A stretch of 64,000 bases of DNA from Rhodospirillales bacterium (GTDB lineage Bacteria > Pseudomonadota > Alphaproteobacteria > Rhodospirillales > Casp-alpha2). Shown piece by piece: positions 1-9,330 of the stretch; the first letter of the stretch is position 1; the number at the start of each line of letters is the position of its first letter. The position numbers were made by a program, and so were the translations under genes. Below the pieces are notes generated by a model. It searched no databases, was not told the origin of the DNA, and saw nothing but the letters and a program-made list of their open reading frames with translations. Location of the stretch: positions 3,661,452-3,725,451 of the forward strand of contig OZ244947.1 in NCBI GenBank assembly GCA_965222395.1, in the 5' to 3' direction.

Positions 1-37
1 ATGTCGGCCGGTTGCTGTCGGAGCAGGGATCGCAGCG

Positions 38-763
38 ATGAGGTGGCTGCGGTCGTTGGCGTTCAACGTGTTTTTTTACCTGTGGCTGGTGGTTTTTCTG
101 CTGACCGCTTGGGTGCAGTTGCCGTTTTCGCACTTCGCGATGGAACGGTATCTCCGAACTTGGTCGCGTGTTGCCATGTGGGGCATGCGCTGGTTGGGCG
201 GGGTCAAGGCGCGCTTTGAGGGCGTCGAGAACATCCCCGACGGGCCCTGCGTCTTGGCGTCGAAGCACCAATCGACCTGGGAAACGTTCGTTCTGTATAC
301 CGTCGTGCCGCACCCCAACTATATTCTCAAACAAGAGCTGATGGATATCCCGCTGTGGGGTCTATATGCCGATAAGGCGGAACACATCGCCGTTGATCGT
401 GACGCCGGTGCGCGGGCATTAAAAGACATGGTTACTGCGTGCCGAGATCGGATCGCCAAAGGTCGGCAGGTGGTGATCTTCCCGGAGGGGACACGGACCG
501 CACCCGGGGAGAGCCGTCGATACCACCCCGGCGTCGCCGCGATCTACAAAAGCCTGCCGGACGGTGTGCCGGTCGTACCCGTGGCGTTGAATTCCGGGGT
601 CTATTGGGGGCGGCGTCGGTTCGGTATTGTTCCCGGCGAGATCACGCTCAAGTTCCTGCCGCCCATCTTGCCGGGTCTCGACAGGAAATCATTTATGAAG
701 ACGCTGGAAACAGAAATCGAAACGGCATCTAATCAATTGCTTGCGCCACCTGAGCAACGCTAA
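38..763 (+). CDS. plsC: 1-acyl-sn-glycerol-3-phosphate acyltransferase (lysophospholipid acyltransferase family)
   Basis: 241-aa ORF with ATG at 38. It has an N-terminal hydrophobic helix, the acyltransferase block SKHQSTWETF (HX4D/E type) and the VVIFPEGTRT block typical of PlsC-family enzymes. Confidence 0.85.
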   Translation: MRWLRSLAFNVFFYLWLVVFLLTAWVQLPFSHFAMERYLRTWSRVAMWGMRWLGGVKARFEGVENIPDGPCVLASKHQSTWETFVLYTVVPHPNYILKQELMDIPLWGLYADKAEHIAVDRDAGARALKDMVTACRDRIAKGRQVVIFPEGTRTAPGESRRYHPGVAAIYKSLPDGVPVVPVALNSGVYWGRRRFGIVPGEITLKFLPPILPGLDRKSFMKTLETEIETASNQLLAPPEQR

Positions 764-806
764 TTTGATGCCCGAACATCCAGCGACTCGTATAAAATAG
801 CAGCTT

Positions 807-1652
807 GTGGAGATGGATTTCATTGTCACTCGTATGTTGCGAATATTGAGCTATTTTGCGGGGTCCCGCCGCCAAGTGTTGACGGCACTCATGTTGGTGA
901 CTTTTTGTGTGTTTTTTGATTTGCCCGCACAGGCGAGCTACTCGGATGGCGTGATCGCGTACAGGAGCAACGACTACACTCGAGCATACAAGGAGTGGAT
1001 TTCCTTGGCCGAGCAGGGACACCCCCGAGCCGCCTACGGCATCGGTTTGTTGCATCTCTTGGGGCATGGCATCGAAAAGGATACTGACCAAGCGCGATAT
1101 TGGCTGGACCGCGCGGCGGCGCGCGGCTCCGCGGAGGCACAATATGCCCTGGGTCGATTATATTATTCTGAGCCGAAAGACAGTCTTGAGCGTCGAAAAG
1201 GCGTCGACTTGATCGCGCAAGCGGCGCGTATGGGATACGCGCGAGCGCAGCACGCGATGGGCGAAATGTACCTGCGAGGTGAAACTTTGGCGGCCAACGA
1301 ACTCACCGCCCTTCGGTATTTCACAATGGCTGCTAATCAGGGGCACGAACCGTCCCGGCCCCTCAAGAACCAATTGGAGACCAAGTTGTCGTCAAATCGC
1401 TTGAACCTTGAGCCTGATACTGCCGACCGTCAGAATGACCGTTCATCTGAAGGTGTTGGCCGGTGCGATGCAATGTTGTTTGCGTTGATCAAGAAGAAGA
1501 ACAACCTCACGACCAAGACAAAGTTGCTCAACCGGTGTTTACAGTCGGCTGACCCAGCAAATGGCTGCCGCGCCTATTTTACGAAAACGCAAGAAGCGTT
1601 TGTCGACCATGAAATCGAATCGAATGCTTACTTGTCGAGGTGCCCGCGATGA
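807..1652 (+). CDS. Sel1-repeat (SLR/TPR-like) protein, probably secreted
   Basis: Repeated Sel1-type units are present (AAYGIGLLHLLGHGIEKDTDQARYWLDRAAARGSAEAQYALGRLY..., ARAQHAMGEMYLRGE...). A signal-like segment, MLRILSYFAGSRRQVLTALMLVTFCVFFDLPAQA, suggests the true start may be ATG 834. The C-terminal ~80 aa are not Sel1-like, contain four Cys and look lower in GC. Confidence 0.7.
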   Translation: MEMDFIVTRMLRILSYFAGSRRQVLTALMLVTFCVFFDLPAQASYSDGVIAYRSNDYTRAYKEWISLAEQGHPRAAYGIGLLHLLGHGIEKDTDQARYWLDRAAARGSAEAQYALGRLYYSEPKDSLERRKGVDLIAQAARMGYARAQHAMGEMYLRGETLAANELTALRYFTMAANQGHEPSRPLKNQLETKLSSNRLNLEPDTADRQNDRSSEGVGRCDAMLFALIKKKNNLTTKTKLLNRCLQSADPANGCRAYFTKTQEAFVDHEIESNAYLSRCPR

Positions 1653-1692
1653 CCGCTGTCGGTATACCATTGGTCAAGCCGGAGCATAGAAA

Positions 1693-2829
1693 ATGAGGCA
1701 AAACCTATATTTGACGCCTTTGCTCGCTTTGGGAGCACTCATCAGCGTTGCATTGCTGCCTCAAAGCATACTTGCATCTAATGTTGTAACGATTCGCGTC
1801 CAAACAGCAGTGCCAGAAAACGCGGACGAACTAGCGATGTTGGGTGATTTCGCGGAGCGTGTCGAACGTTTGACCAATGGGCGTCTGAAATTGGACTTGT
1901 TGGCTGCCGGAGAAGTTGCCAGTCCGTCGAAGATCATCGAGGCCGTTGACGAAGGGCTAGTCGAAGCCGGTTTTGCCTGGACCCATTATTGGACGCGATA
2001 TCATCCGGCGGCCATGTTATTCGGTTCTCCCATCGCTGGCGCAGGGGTCGGACTCGACACCATGGCATTTCTGTCTTGGTACATGCATGGAGGTGGCCGC
2101 TCACTTTACGACCGCCTCTGGTCGGAAGCAGGGTTGAATGTGAAAGGTTTCTTATTGCAGCCGGGCGGTCCAGAGGCGCTTGGTTGGTTTCGGGAGCCGA
2201 TAGCGAACATGAATGAGTTCCGCAAGCGGACGTTCCGTTCCCCACCCGGAACGCCTGGCGACGTTTATGAGGACATGGGCATTGCAACCCTTCCGTTGGC
2301 GGCAGCAGACATTGTTCCGGCGCTGGAGTCGGGGCTCATCGATGCAGCGGAATGGTGTTGTCCAAAACCGGACCGTGTTTTTGGGCTCCACGAAACGCTG
2401 AAGCACTACTACCTTCAAGGACTACATCAGGTCGTCGTCAACGCGGATATCTACTTTAATGGCGACGTTTGGCGAAATCTTCCGCAAGAGCAAAGAGACA
2501 TTATCGAACTTGCCGCAGACGCGTCTCTAATGAGCGCTATGACGTATCGAATTCGCGAAAATGGCCGCGCCCTCGAGAGATTGGTTAAAGAAGACGGTGT
2601 CACATTACACGATACGCCGTTGGACTATTTCGACGAATTCATGGCAGCGGCCGAAAAAGTACTGCAACGCAACGCTGACGGTAACGAGTTTTTCCGTGAA
2701 GTGTGGGAGTCACAGCGGAAGTTTGCGGAGACCGTGGTTCCTTACTGGACCAATGCGCAACGAACGAATACCAACTTGGGACAGGCATTCATCGAAAACC
2801 GAGCGGATATCGACCCTTCCGGGAAGTAA
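1693..2829 (+). CDS. TRAP-transporter solute-binding protein (DctP-type, mannitol/chloroaromatic-like subgroup)
   Basis: 378-aa ORF with GGAG 9 nt upstream of the ATG and a signal peptide (LLALGALISVALLPQSILA). It shows family-typical blocks: GRLKLDLLAAGEV, SWYMHGGG, PEALGWFREPI and IVPALESGLIDAAEW. No DctQ/DctM genes are adjacent. Confidence 0.75.
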   Translation: MRQNLYLTPLLALGALISVALLPQSILASNVVTIRVQTAVPENADELAMLGDFAERVERLTNGRLKLDLLAAGEVASPSKIIEAVDEGLVEAGFAWTHYWTRYHPAAMLFGSPIAGAGVGLDTMAFLSWYMHGGGRSLYDRLWSEAGLNVKGFLLQPGGPEALGWFREPIANMNEFRKRTFRSPPGTPGDVYEDMGIATLPLAAADIVPALESGLIDAAEWCCPKPDRVFGLHETLKHYYLQGLHQVVVNADIYFNGDVWRNLPQEQRDIIELAADASLMSAMTYRIRENGRALERLVKEDGVTLHDTPLDYFDEFMAAAEKVLQRNADGNEFFREVWESQRKFAETVVPYWTNAQRTNTNLGQAFIENRADIDPSGK

Positions 2830-2933
2830 CGCAACTTGATGGATGTATCACGCATTCGATTCTCAGTATTACATAAACGTGGGCCGGTCGCTTTCTGTGG
2901 ACAGTGTGGATAAGACCCTTATCTCTTGAACCG

Positions 2934-2948
2934 ACACGATATTTTGTG
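2934..2948. promoter_or_regulatory. Candidate NrdR box upstream of nrdJ
   Basis: ACACGATATTTTGTG is an imperfect palindrome resembling the remembered NrdR consensus acaCwAtATaTwGtgt. It lies 174 bp upstream of the nrdJ ATG in a 292-bp AT-rich leader. Only one good box was found. Confidence 0.3.
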
Positions 2949-3121
2949 CCTCGCAAGCTGTATAAACACGGGATAAGCGATGGACGACATGGGGAAACAT
3001 TTCAAGAACATTTGTGTTGAATTTGCCCCCGATTGATCTCTAAAATCAATGGACGCGCAGGAAATTCGGTCAGTTTTGTCCCAATTTACCTCGTTCTGGC
3101 GATTTTTTTGGAAAACCCGAC

Positions 3122-5467
3122 ATGGCGGAAACGGCACCGATCTCGCAGCAGATCTGGGATATGAAATACCGGCTCAAGGACGGCGAGGGCCGGCCGATCG
3201 ACAAGACCGTCGAAGGGTCCTGGCAGCGCGTCGCCGGTGCCTTGGCCTCGGTCGAGGCGGATCCCGAGTCCTGGACCGAACAATTTGCCGCTGCCTTGGA
3301 AGATTTCAAGTTTTTGCCGGCCGGTCGGATCCTCGCGGGCGCGGGGGCGGATCGCAAAGTCACCTTGTTCAATTGCTTCGTGATGGGCGACGTCCCTGAC
3401 GACATGGCGGGTATTTTCGAACACCTGAAAGAAGCCGCGCTGACGATGCAGCAGGGTGGCGGTATCGGTTACGACTTTTCAACGCTCCGGCCGAAGGGCG
3501 CACCGGTCAAAGGCGTCGGTGCGGACGCTTCGGGGCCGCTGACATTTATGGACGTATGGGACAGCATGTGCCGCACGATCATGTCGGCGGGCTCCCGCCG
3601 GGGTGCGATGATGGCGACCTTGCGGTGCGATCACCCGGATATCGAAGCCTTTATCGAGGCCAAGCAGGAGCCGGGCCGTCTACGGATGTTCAATCTGTCG
3701 GTCTTGGTGACCGATCCGTTCATGCAGGCGGTGAAGGACGATGCATCGTGGGATCTGGTGTTCGACGGCACCGCGTATCGGACCGTGTCGGCGCGTGCCC
3801 TTTGGGACAAGATCATGCAGTCGACATACGCTTACGCCGAACCCGGCGTGATTTTCATCGACCGCATCAATCGGCGTAACAATCTGCATTATTGCGAAAC
3901 GATCCATGCCACCAACCCGTGCGGTGAACAGCCGCTACCGGCGTACGGCGCCTGTTTACTCGGCTCTATCAATCTGGCACGCCTCGTTAAAGACCCGTTC
4001 GCCGCGGATGCGGCCTTGGATATGCAGGCGCTCGACGATTTGACGCGCACCGCCGTACGGATGATGGACAATGTGGTCGATGTCTCGAATTTCCCGCTGC
4101 CGGCACAGGCGCACGAGGCTAAAGCCAAGCGGCGGATCGGCCTCGGTATTACGGGGCTTGCCGATGCGTTGATCATGTGCGGCGTGCGTTACGGATCACC
4201 CGAAGCCGTGCGGTTGACGGAAACCTGGTTGCACGCTCTGCAACGGGCGGCATATCTGGCGTCGGTCGATCTGGCCAAAGAAAAAGGCGCGTTTCCGTTG
4301 TTCGAAAAGGAAGCCTACTTGGCGGGCGAGAGTATCCAGGAACTGGACGATGACGTGAAGGCCGCAATTGCCGAGCAAGGCATCCGCAATGCGCTCCTGA
4401 CGTCCGTCGCGCCGACCGGTACGATCTCGCTATTCGCCGACAACGTCTCGTCGGGGTTGGAGCCTGTGTTCAGCTTCACATATCGCCGTCATGTCTTGAT
4501 GCCGGACGGCAGCCGACGCGAAGAAGAAGTCTCCGACTACGCCTATCGGCTGTTCAAACGGCTGAAAGGGGCGGATGCGCCGCTGACGTCGGCATTCGTC
4601 GATGCTCAGGGGTTGAGCCCGGAAGACCATTTGGTGATGCAGGCAGCGGTACAAAAGTACATCGATAGCTCGATCTCCAAGACCATCAACGTTCCCGAAG
4701 ACACGACGTTCGAAGACTTCAAGGGTATCTACGCACGGGCCTATGAACTCGGCTGCAAAGGGTGCACGACGTATCGACCGAACGATGTTACGGGCGCGGT
4801 GTTGGAAGTCGGTGAAAAGAATAAAGACAGCGGCGGTGCGGAACCCGAATTGCCGCTCGAAGCGCCGGCGAATAAATCACGGCCCAAGGATGAAGGCGAT
4901 TCCGGAGCAGTCGTGCGGATGTTCCAGCCCCTAGACAGGCCCGGCGAATTGCCCGGCAAGACCTACAAGGTGCGTTGGCCGGAAAGCGATCACGCGTTGT
5001 ACATTACGCTCAACGATATTATCGACGACCAGGGCCGTCGTCGCCCATTCGAGATTTTCATTAATTCTAAGAACACCGAACATTATGCCTGGACGGTGGC
5101 ATTGACGCGGATGATCTCTGCGGTCTTCCGACGCGGCGGCGACGTGTCGTTCGTTGTCGAGGAACTGAAAGCCGTGTTCGATCCACGCGGCGGCTATTGG
5201 GTCGGTGGAAAGTACGTGCCGTCCTTGCTGGCGGCGATCGGCGGCGTGATCGAAAATCATATGGTCGATACCGGATTCCTGCCGAGTCGCGGCGCCGCAT
5301 CAGATAGCGACCCCGCGGATATCGCCAAGCCGATGGCGGTTGCGGTCAATGAAAGCCCGTCGACACATTCGCTCATGCGCCAATGTCCGAAATGCGCCGA
5401 GGCGTCCCTGATCCGCCAAGAAGGCTGCGATACGTGCACATCTTGCGGCTACTCGAAGTGCGGTTGA
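3122..5467 (+). CDS. nrdJ: Adenosylcobalamin-dependent (class II) ribonucleoside-diphosphate/triphosphate reductase
   Basis: 781-aa ORF with RNR class II hallmarks: NLFNCFV, the active-site block ATNPCGEQPLPAYGACLLGSINL, SSISKTINVP and a Cys-rich C-terminal tail. Confidence 0.9.
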   Translation: MAETAPISQQIWDMKYRLKDGEGRPIDKTVEGSWQRVAGALASVEADPESWTEQFAAALEDFKFLPAGRILAGAGADRKVTLFNCFVMGDVPDDMAGIFEHLKEAALTMQQGGGIGYDFSTLRPKGAPVKGVGADASGPLTFMDVWDSMCRTIMSAGSRRGAMMATLRCDHPDIEAFIEAKQEPGRLRMFNLSVLVTDPFMQAVKDDASWDLVFDGTAYRTVSARALWDKIMQSTYAYAEPGVIFIDRINRRNNLHYCETIHATNPCGEQPLPAYGACLLGSINLARLVKDPFAADAALDMQALDDLTRTAVRMMDNVVDVSNFPLPAQAHEAKAKRRIGLGITGLADALIMCGVRYGSPEAVRLTETWLHALQRAAYLASVDLAKEKGAFPLFEKEAYLAGESIQELDDDVKAAIAEQGIRNALLTSVAPTGTISLFADNVSSGLEPVFSFTYRRHVLMPDGSRREEEVSDYAYRLFKRLKGADAPLTSAFVDAQGLSPEDHLVMQAAVQKYIDSSISKTINVPEDTTFEDFKGIYARAYELGCKGCTTYRPNDVTGAVLEVGEKNKDSGGAEPELPLEAPANKSRPKDEGDSGAVVRMFQPLDRPGELPGKTYKVRWPESDHALYITLNDIIDDQGRRRPFEIFINSKNTEHYAWTVALTRMISAVFRRGGDVSFVVEELKAVFDPRGGYWVGGKYVPSLLAAIGGVIENHMVDTGFLPSRGAASDSDPADIAKPMAVAVNESPSTHSLMRQCPKCAEASLIRQEGCDTCTSCGYSKCG

Positions 5468-5471
5468 GGCG

Positions 5472-5900
5472 GTGGAACCACGCCTTAGTCTCATCACACT
5501 TGGCGTCACCGATATGGCGCGCAGCCGTGCGTTCTACGAAGCGCTCGGATGGACAGCGTCGAATCTCAGCAACGATAACGTCACGTTCTTTCAAGCCGGC
5601 GGCGTTGTCTTTGGACTTTATGGTCACGCCGCCTTGGCCGAGGACGCGGTCGTCCGCGATGAGGGCTTGCCCGGTTTTAGGGGCGTGACGATTGCATACA
5701 ATGGTCGCGACAAGGCAGAGGTCGACGCCGTTCTGGCCGAGGCCGAGGCGGCGGGCGCGCGGATCGTCAAACCCGCCCAGGATGTGTTCTGGGGCGGCTA
5801 CTCAGGATACTTCGCTGATCCCGACGGACATCTGTGGGAAGTCGCATGGAATCCGGACTTTGCCATTGCAGACGATGGGTCAATCGCCCTGCCGTCCTAG
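5472..5900 (+). CDS. VOC (glyoxalase/bleomycin-resistance/dioxygenase) family protein
   Basis: 142-aa ORF with GTG start 4 nt after the nrdJ stop. The N-terminal LSLITLGVTDMARSRAFYEALGW and C-terminal GYFADPDGHLWEVAWNP are typical VOC beta-alpha-beta-beta-beta modules. Confidence 0.8.
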   Translation: MEPRLSLITLGVTDMARSRAFYEALGWTASNLSNDNVTFFQAGGVVFGLYGHAALAEDAVVRDEGLPGFRGVTIAYNGRDKAEVDAVLAEAEAAGARIVKPAQDVFWGGYSGYFADPDGHLWEVAWNPDFAIADDGSIALPS

Positions 5901-6451
5901 GCCTTGAGGTTTCGCACCAGTCGTTCCAGCGCGGCATCCCGGATGCCCATGGCGCGAAGATGGCAGGCCGTATTCACAACATAATCAACACAAGGGCCGG
6001 CAAAGCCGACGCCTTGGCGGACCAAATCTGCGGTCTCGACCAGCGTACGCCGGCCGGCATATTGCTCGTGACTACGGTCGGCGACGAAAGTCAATGCCCG
6101 GACGGCTCGACGCGGATCATGCGGCAGCCGGCACTTGATCCACGTCGGGTGGTACACGGCGGTTGGCATCTCACGCGCGAATACTTCGGCGTGTACCCGA
6201 AAGGCATCGCGCGCACGAATACGATAGGCGACCCCTTGCGTCATCCCACCGCGATCGAGACCGAAGACGATGCCCGGTCTTTCTTCCGTTCCGCGGTACA
6301 TCCATGAATAAATGCACAGCGCCCGATGGTAACCGTCGATGACGGCGCGGCGGCGCTCGGCGTAGCGGAAGCAAGGGTCCCACATCAGCGAGCCATACGC
6401 GAACAACCAAAAACCGGTTGCTGGCGGCGCATGGTCTTTGCGCACGTTCAT
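5897..6451 (-). CDS. chaC: ChaC-family gamma-glutamylcyclotransferase
   Basis: 184-aa ORF carrying the FAYGSLMWDP (YGSL) motif and ChaC-like core. Its start overlaps the stop of the upstream DMT gene (ATGA at 6448-6451). Confidence 0.8.
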   Translation of the reverse strand: MNVRKDHAPPATGFWLFAYGSLMWDPCFRYAERRRAVIDGYHRALCIYSWMYRGTEERPGIVFGLDRGGMTQGVAYRIRARDAFRVHAEVFAREMPTAVYHPTWIKCRLPHDPRRAVRALTFVADRSHEQYAGRRTLVETADLVRQGVGFAGPCVDYVVNTACHLRAMGIRDAALERLVRNLKA

Positions 6452-7365
6452 CCTCGGGTCACCATGGCGACGCCGACGGCGGCGGCCACCATGCCTAATA
6501 GGGCAATTGGCGTCAGGGTTTCACCAAACAGAACGTATGTCTCGATCGCGACCACGGGAGGCACCAGATAAAACAAGCTCGCGACTTTTGACGCAGCGCC
6601 TCGCCGGATCAAGAGATACAATAACGAGACCGCGCCGAGAGACAGGACGATGACCAACCAAGCCATGGCAAGGATCGCCTCCGTCGTCCAATCGACGATC
6701 ATTGTCTCGGTGGTGACGGCGAGCCCAAACATTAAAGCAGCGGCGGCAGCGAACTGGATCGCCGATCCGGCGCGTATATCGATGTCACCGCCGAATCGTT
6801 TTTGATACAGCGTTGCGGCAGTGATGCCGAGCAAACTGGTAATACAGGCGGAAAGTCCGATGATCCCGCCGGTATCGCCTGTCTGCCGCCAGACGACCAA
6901 GGTGATGCCGACAAACCCCAAGACCAAACCCAGCCAGGCCCGGCGGCTTAACCGTTCGCTCAGGAATATCCCCGCGAACACGGCCGTCAGGACCGGTTGC
7001 ACGCCGACGATCAATGCCGATATTCCCCCGGACGTACCGTTTCGAATGGCGAAGAAAACACCCCCTAAATAGATGCCGTGCATCAAGACACCGACGACGG
7101 CGGCATCCAGCCAGATTCGCGGTCGGCGTGGAAACGGCACCCGCATGACAACCAAAATGCCGAAAAAGAGTGCCGATGTAATAGCGAAACGATAGCCGAG
7201 AAATGTGAACGGTTCGGCATGCGGCATGCCGTATTTTGCGCCCAGGAAACCCGTCGACCACAGCAGCACGAATACCGCCGGCATGGCGGCGACGGCGGCT
7301 TCGTTCATCGTTTTCGGCATGCTCACCATGGCGCGGAAGCTAGGCCCTTCCCGACGCGGACGCAA
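6448..7365 (-). CDS. DMT-superfamily (EamA-like) transporter
   Basis: About 10 predicted hydrophobic helices in two EamA-like halves. The start is uncertain: in-frame ATGs at 7329, 7320 and 7308 are more likely than 7365, which would leave only 18 bp to the divergent gene. Confidence 0.8.
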   Translation of the reverse strand: MRPRREGPSFRAMVSMPKTMNEAAVAAMPAVFVLLWSTGFLGAKYGMPHAEPFTFLGYRFAITSALFFGILVVMRVPFPRRPRIWLDAAVVGVLMHGIYLGGVFFAIRNGTSGGISALIVGVQPVLTAVFAGIFLSERLSRRAWLGLVLGFVGITLVVWRQTGDTGGIIGLSACITSLLGITAATLYQKRFGGDIDIRAGSAIQFAAAAALMFGLAVTTETMIVDWTTEAILAMAWLVIVLSLGAVSLLYLLIRRGAASKVASLFYLVPPVVAIETYVLFGETLTPIALLGMVAAAVGVAMVTRG

Positions 7366-7383
7366 CGGCCTAGATTGCCAAAC

Positions 7384-8433
7384 ATGGAACGTGACCCGTC
7401 CCGCAGATCGATCGGCAAACGACCCCGCCGCGCCTTTGGCATCGGCTTGGTCGCTGCCGTTTGCGCGATTGCCGCCGTCTACACAGGTTGGTGGTTCTGG
7501 ATGGCGGACCGGATCGTATCAGGCATTGAAGACTGGCGAACGGCGCGCGCGTCCGAGGGTATTCGCGTTAACGTGGCGGGCATTGATATATCCGGCTTTC
7601 CCGGTCGTATCTCAGTCCGACTGAACGGCGCCGCCATCGGCGCAGAGACGGGACTATGGGCGGTCAACGTGCCGCTGGTCAGTGCGCGGATATCCCCTTT
7701 TGATGTTCGACGGGTGGAGGGGGCGATTTCCGGGCGCGTTCTTGCTGCCGCCGCGTATCCGCGGTTCGCCGGCGCTTATGAGATGGATGCCGACGCAGTG
7801 ACGTATACCGTCGATTTGGCGACGGCGTTGAATGTCAACCTGGTCGCGGCCGGCATTCATGTCAGACGGACCGACCGACCGATGGATATGACGCTCGACG
7901 ATATGACGCTGACGGCACAAGTGTTACCGGATGACGGGGGGCATCGCCTCACGGTCGATGCCGATAGCTTCGTTCTTATGAACAGTCCGTTGACGCCATT
8001 TGGCGATACGGTGCAGCGGGCGCAAACCACACTGGATATCTTGGGACCCCTGCTGCCTATTGGCGCGACCAGGGATAGTTTACGCCATTGGTCGAACGCC
8101 GGCGGTGTTGCGGAGGTGCGATCCCTGTTGATTGATCACGGGGATCTTCGACTACGGGGCGAGGGGACGGTGACCCTGGATGCCGGCTTGCAACCTGAAG
8201 GGGCGTTTTCCGCGCGGGTCGGTGGGTACGCGGAGGCCATCGACGCCTTGGCCGGTGGCGGTCTGATGTCACCGGACGAAGCGCGGGTTGCCAAAGCGGT
8301 TCTCGGGCTGATGTCGTCGCGACCGGCGCCGGGACGCCCGCGCGAGATCGAGGTGCCGCTGACTGTTCAGGACCGAACGCTGTCGGCGGGTCCGATCCGG
8401 ATTTTACGGTTACCGGAAATCGATTGGGATTAA
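7384..8433 (+). CDS. DUF2125-like membrane-anchored protein
   Basis: I chose the internal ATG at 7384 (MERDPSRRS...), because the longer ORF from 7078 runs antisense through the DMT gene. The protein has an N-terminal TM (FGIGLVAAVCAIAAVYTGWWFW) followed by GIDISGFPGRISVRL, as I remember for DUF2125. Confidence 0.6.
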   Translation: MERDPSRRSIGKRPRRAFGIGLVAAVCAIAAVYTGWWFWMADRIVSGIEDWRTARASEGIRVNVAGIDISGFPGRISVRLNGAAIGAETGLWAVNVPLVSARISPFDVRRVEGAISGRVLAAAAYPRFAGAYEMDADAVTYTVDLATALNVNLVAAGIHVRRTDRPMDMTLDDMTLTAQVLPDDGGHRLTVDADSFVLMNSPLTPFGDTVQRAQTTLDILGPLLPIGATRDSLRHWSNAGGVAEVRSLLIDHGDLRLRGEGTVTLDAGLQPEGAFSARVGGYAEAIDALAGGGLMSPDEARVAKAVLGLMSSRPAPGRPREIEVPLTVQDRTLSAGPIRILRLPEIDWD

Positions 8434-8437
8434 AGCC

Positions 8438-9322
8438 TCAGCGTACCCGGCATAGAACTTTGGCGACGCGCAACGACGTCAGCAGGTCGCGCGCCGCCCG
8501 TGGGTATCCATTTGGGTCGAAACCGCTGACGGCGCCCGTTTTGCGGGGGTCTGCGTTGCCGCGCTGAAGCATTTCGCGAACGGTTGCCGGTTGTGCCGTG
8601 AACATTCGGCCGCGGCGGCTTTCTTCGGCCAAGACGATGCCGCTGATACGACCGTCGGCGGTGAACACGGGCCCACCGGACAATCCACCGAGGGAGCCAA
8701 AGCGGCTGGGGATACGGCTGCGTTCGCTCCAAACGTCGACGATCTCACGGGTCCGAAACCGGCCTTTTTCACGCAGCACGGTCGTGCCAATCTTGCGGCC
8801 GTGCACGGCGCCGGGATGCCCCTTGGGAAAACCAACCATGTAGCCAAGATCGCCGTTGCCGGCCCCCGTGCCGAGGGAAAACGCTTCCGGCGTCTCGCGG
8901 GTCCGCAGCAGCGAGACATCGGCATTGGGATGGTTCATGACAGCTTCGACACGGAGGGCGCGGCGTTCAGCGATTTGGACCCCAAGCGTGTCGCAGCCGT
9001 CGACGACATGCCGCGCCGTGAGCCAGATTCCCGGAGCCATGGAAAATGCGGTGCCGGTCCCGGATGACCGTTCACGCGGAACTTCGACCACGGCTTGGCG
9101 TGGAATCCGACGCAGTCCGCCACCGAACGGCGACGCGCTGGGTCCTTCGGTCATCCAGGCATGGGTTTCGGCATCCCATGGTGTGTCGCTATAGATTTGA
9201 GGTGCCGGGCGACGCGGGTTCTCCCCGGGCGGTGGAGGTGCGACCTCCGCCTCACGGAACAGTTGCCCGCCCAGCGCAACAATCAGCAGCGCGATAACGG
9301 CCAGGATGTCGCGAACTCGCAT
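8438..9322 (-). CDS. Trypsin-like (S1 family) serine protease, membrane-anchored or secreted
   Basis: It has an N-terminal TM/signal (ILAVIALLIVALGG), the His block WLTARHVVDGC and the Ser block LGGLSGGPVF. Confidence 0.75.
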   Translation of the reverse strand: MRVRDILAVIALLIVALGGQLFREAEVAPPPPGENPRRPAPQIYSDTPWDAETHAWMTEGPSASPFGGGLRRIPRQAVVEVPRERSSGTGTAFSMAPGIWLTARHVVDGCDTLGVQIAERRALRVEAVMNHPNADVSLLRTRETPEAFSLGTGAGNGDLGYMVGFPKGHPGAVHGRKIGTTVLREKGRFRTREIVDVWSERSRIPSRFGSLGGLSGGPVFTADGRISGIVLAEESRRGRMFTAQPATVREMLQRGNADPRKTGAVSGFDPNGYPRAARDLLTSLRVAKVLCRVR

Positions 9323-9330
9323 TGTATGAG

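Noticed and set aside
1-219. 72-aa ORF at the window start
   Set aside because: It overlaps the well-supported plsC gene out of frame. Its composition is Arg/Gly/Ala-rich, as expected for an off-frame read of GC-rich coding DNA, and it has no recognisable motif.
2830-3121. Cobalamin riboswitch upstream of the B12-dependent nrdJ
   Set aside because: I looked for the B12-box-like core (..AGYCMGG.GACC.GCC..) and the GC-rich paired elements and found none. The leader is AT-rich, and class II RNR genes are not usual targets of this riboswitch.
7078-7383. Long N-terminal extensions of several ORFs: 7078-8433, 10697-12385, 13722-15041, 20243-21337, 41264-42808 and 56762-59827
   Set aside because: The extensions run antisense or out of frame through neighbouring well-supported genes and are Arg/Pro/His-rich with no recognisable motifs. 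Internal ATGs give canonical family N-termini, often with SD sequences or ATGA coupling.
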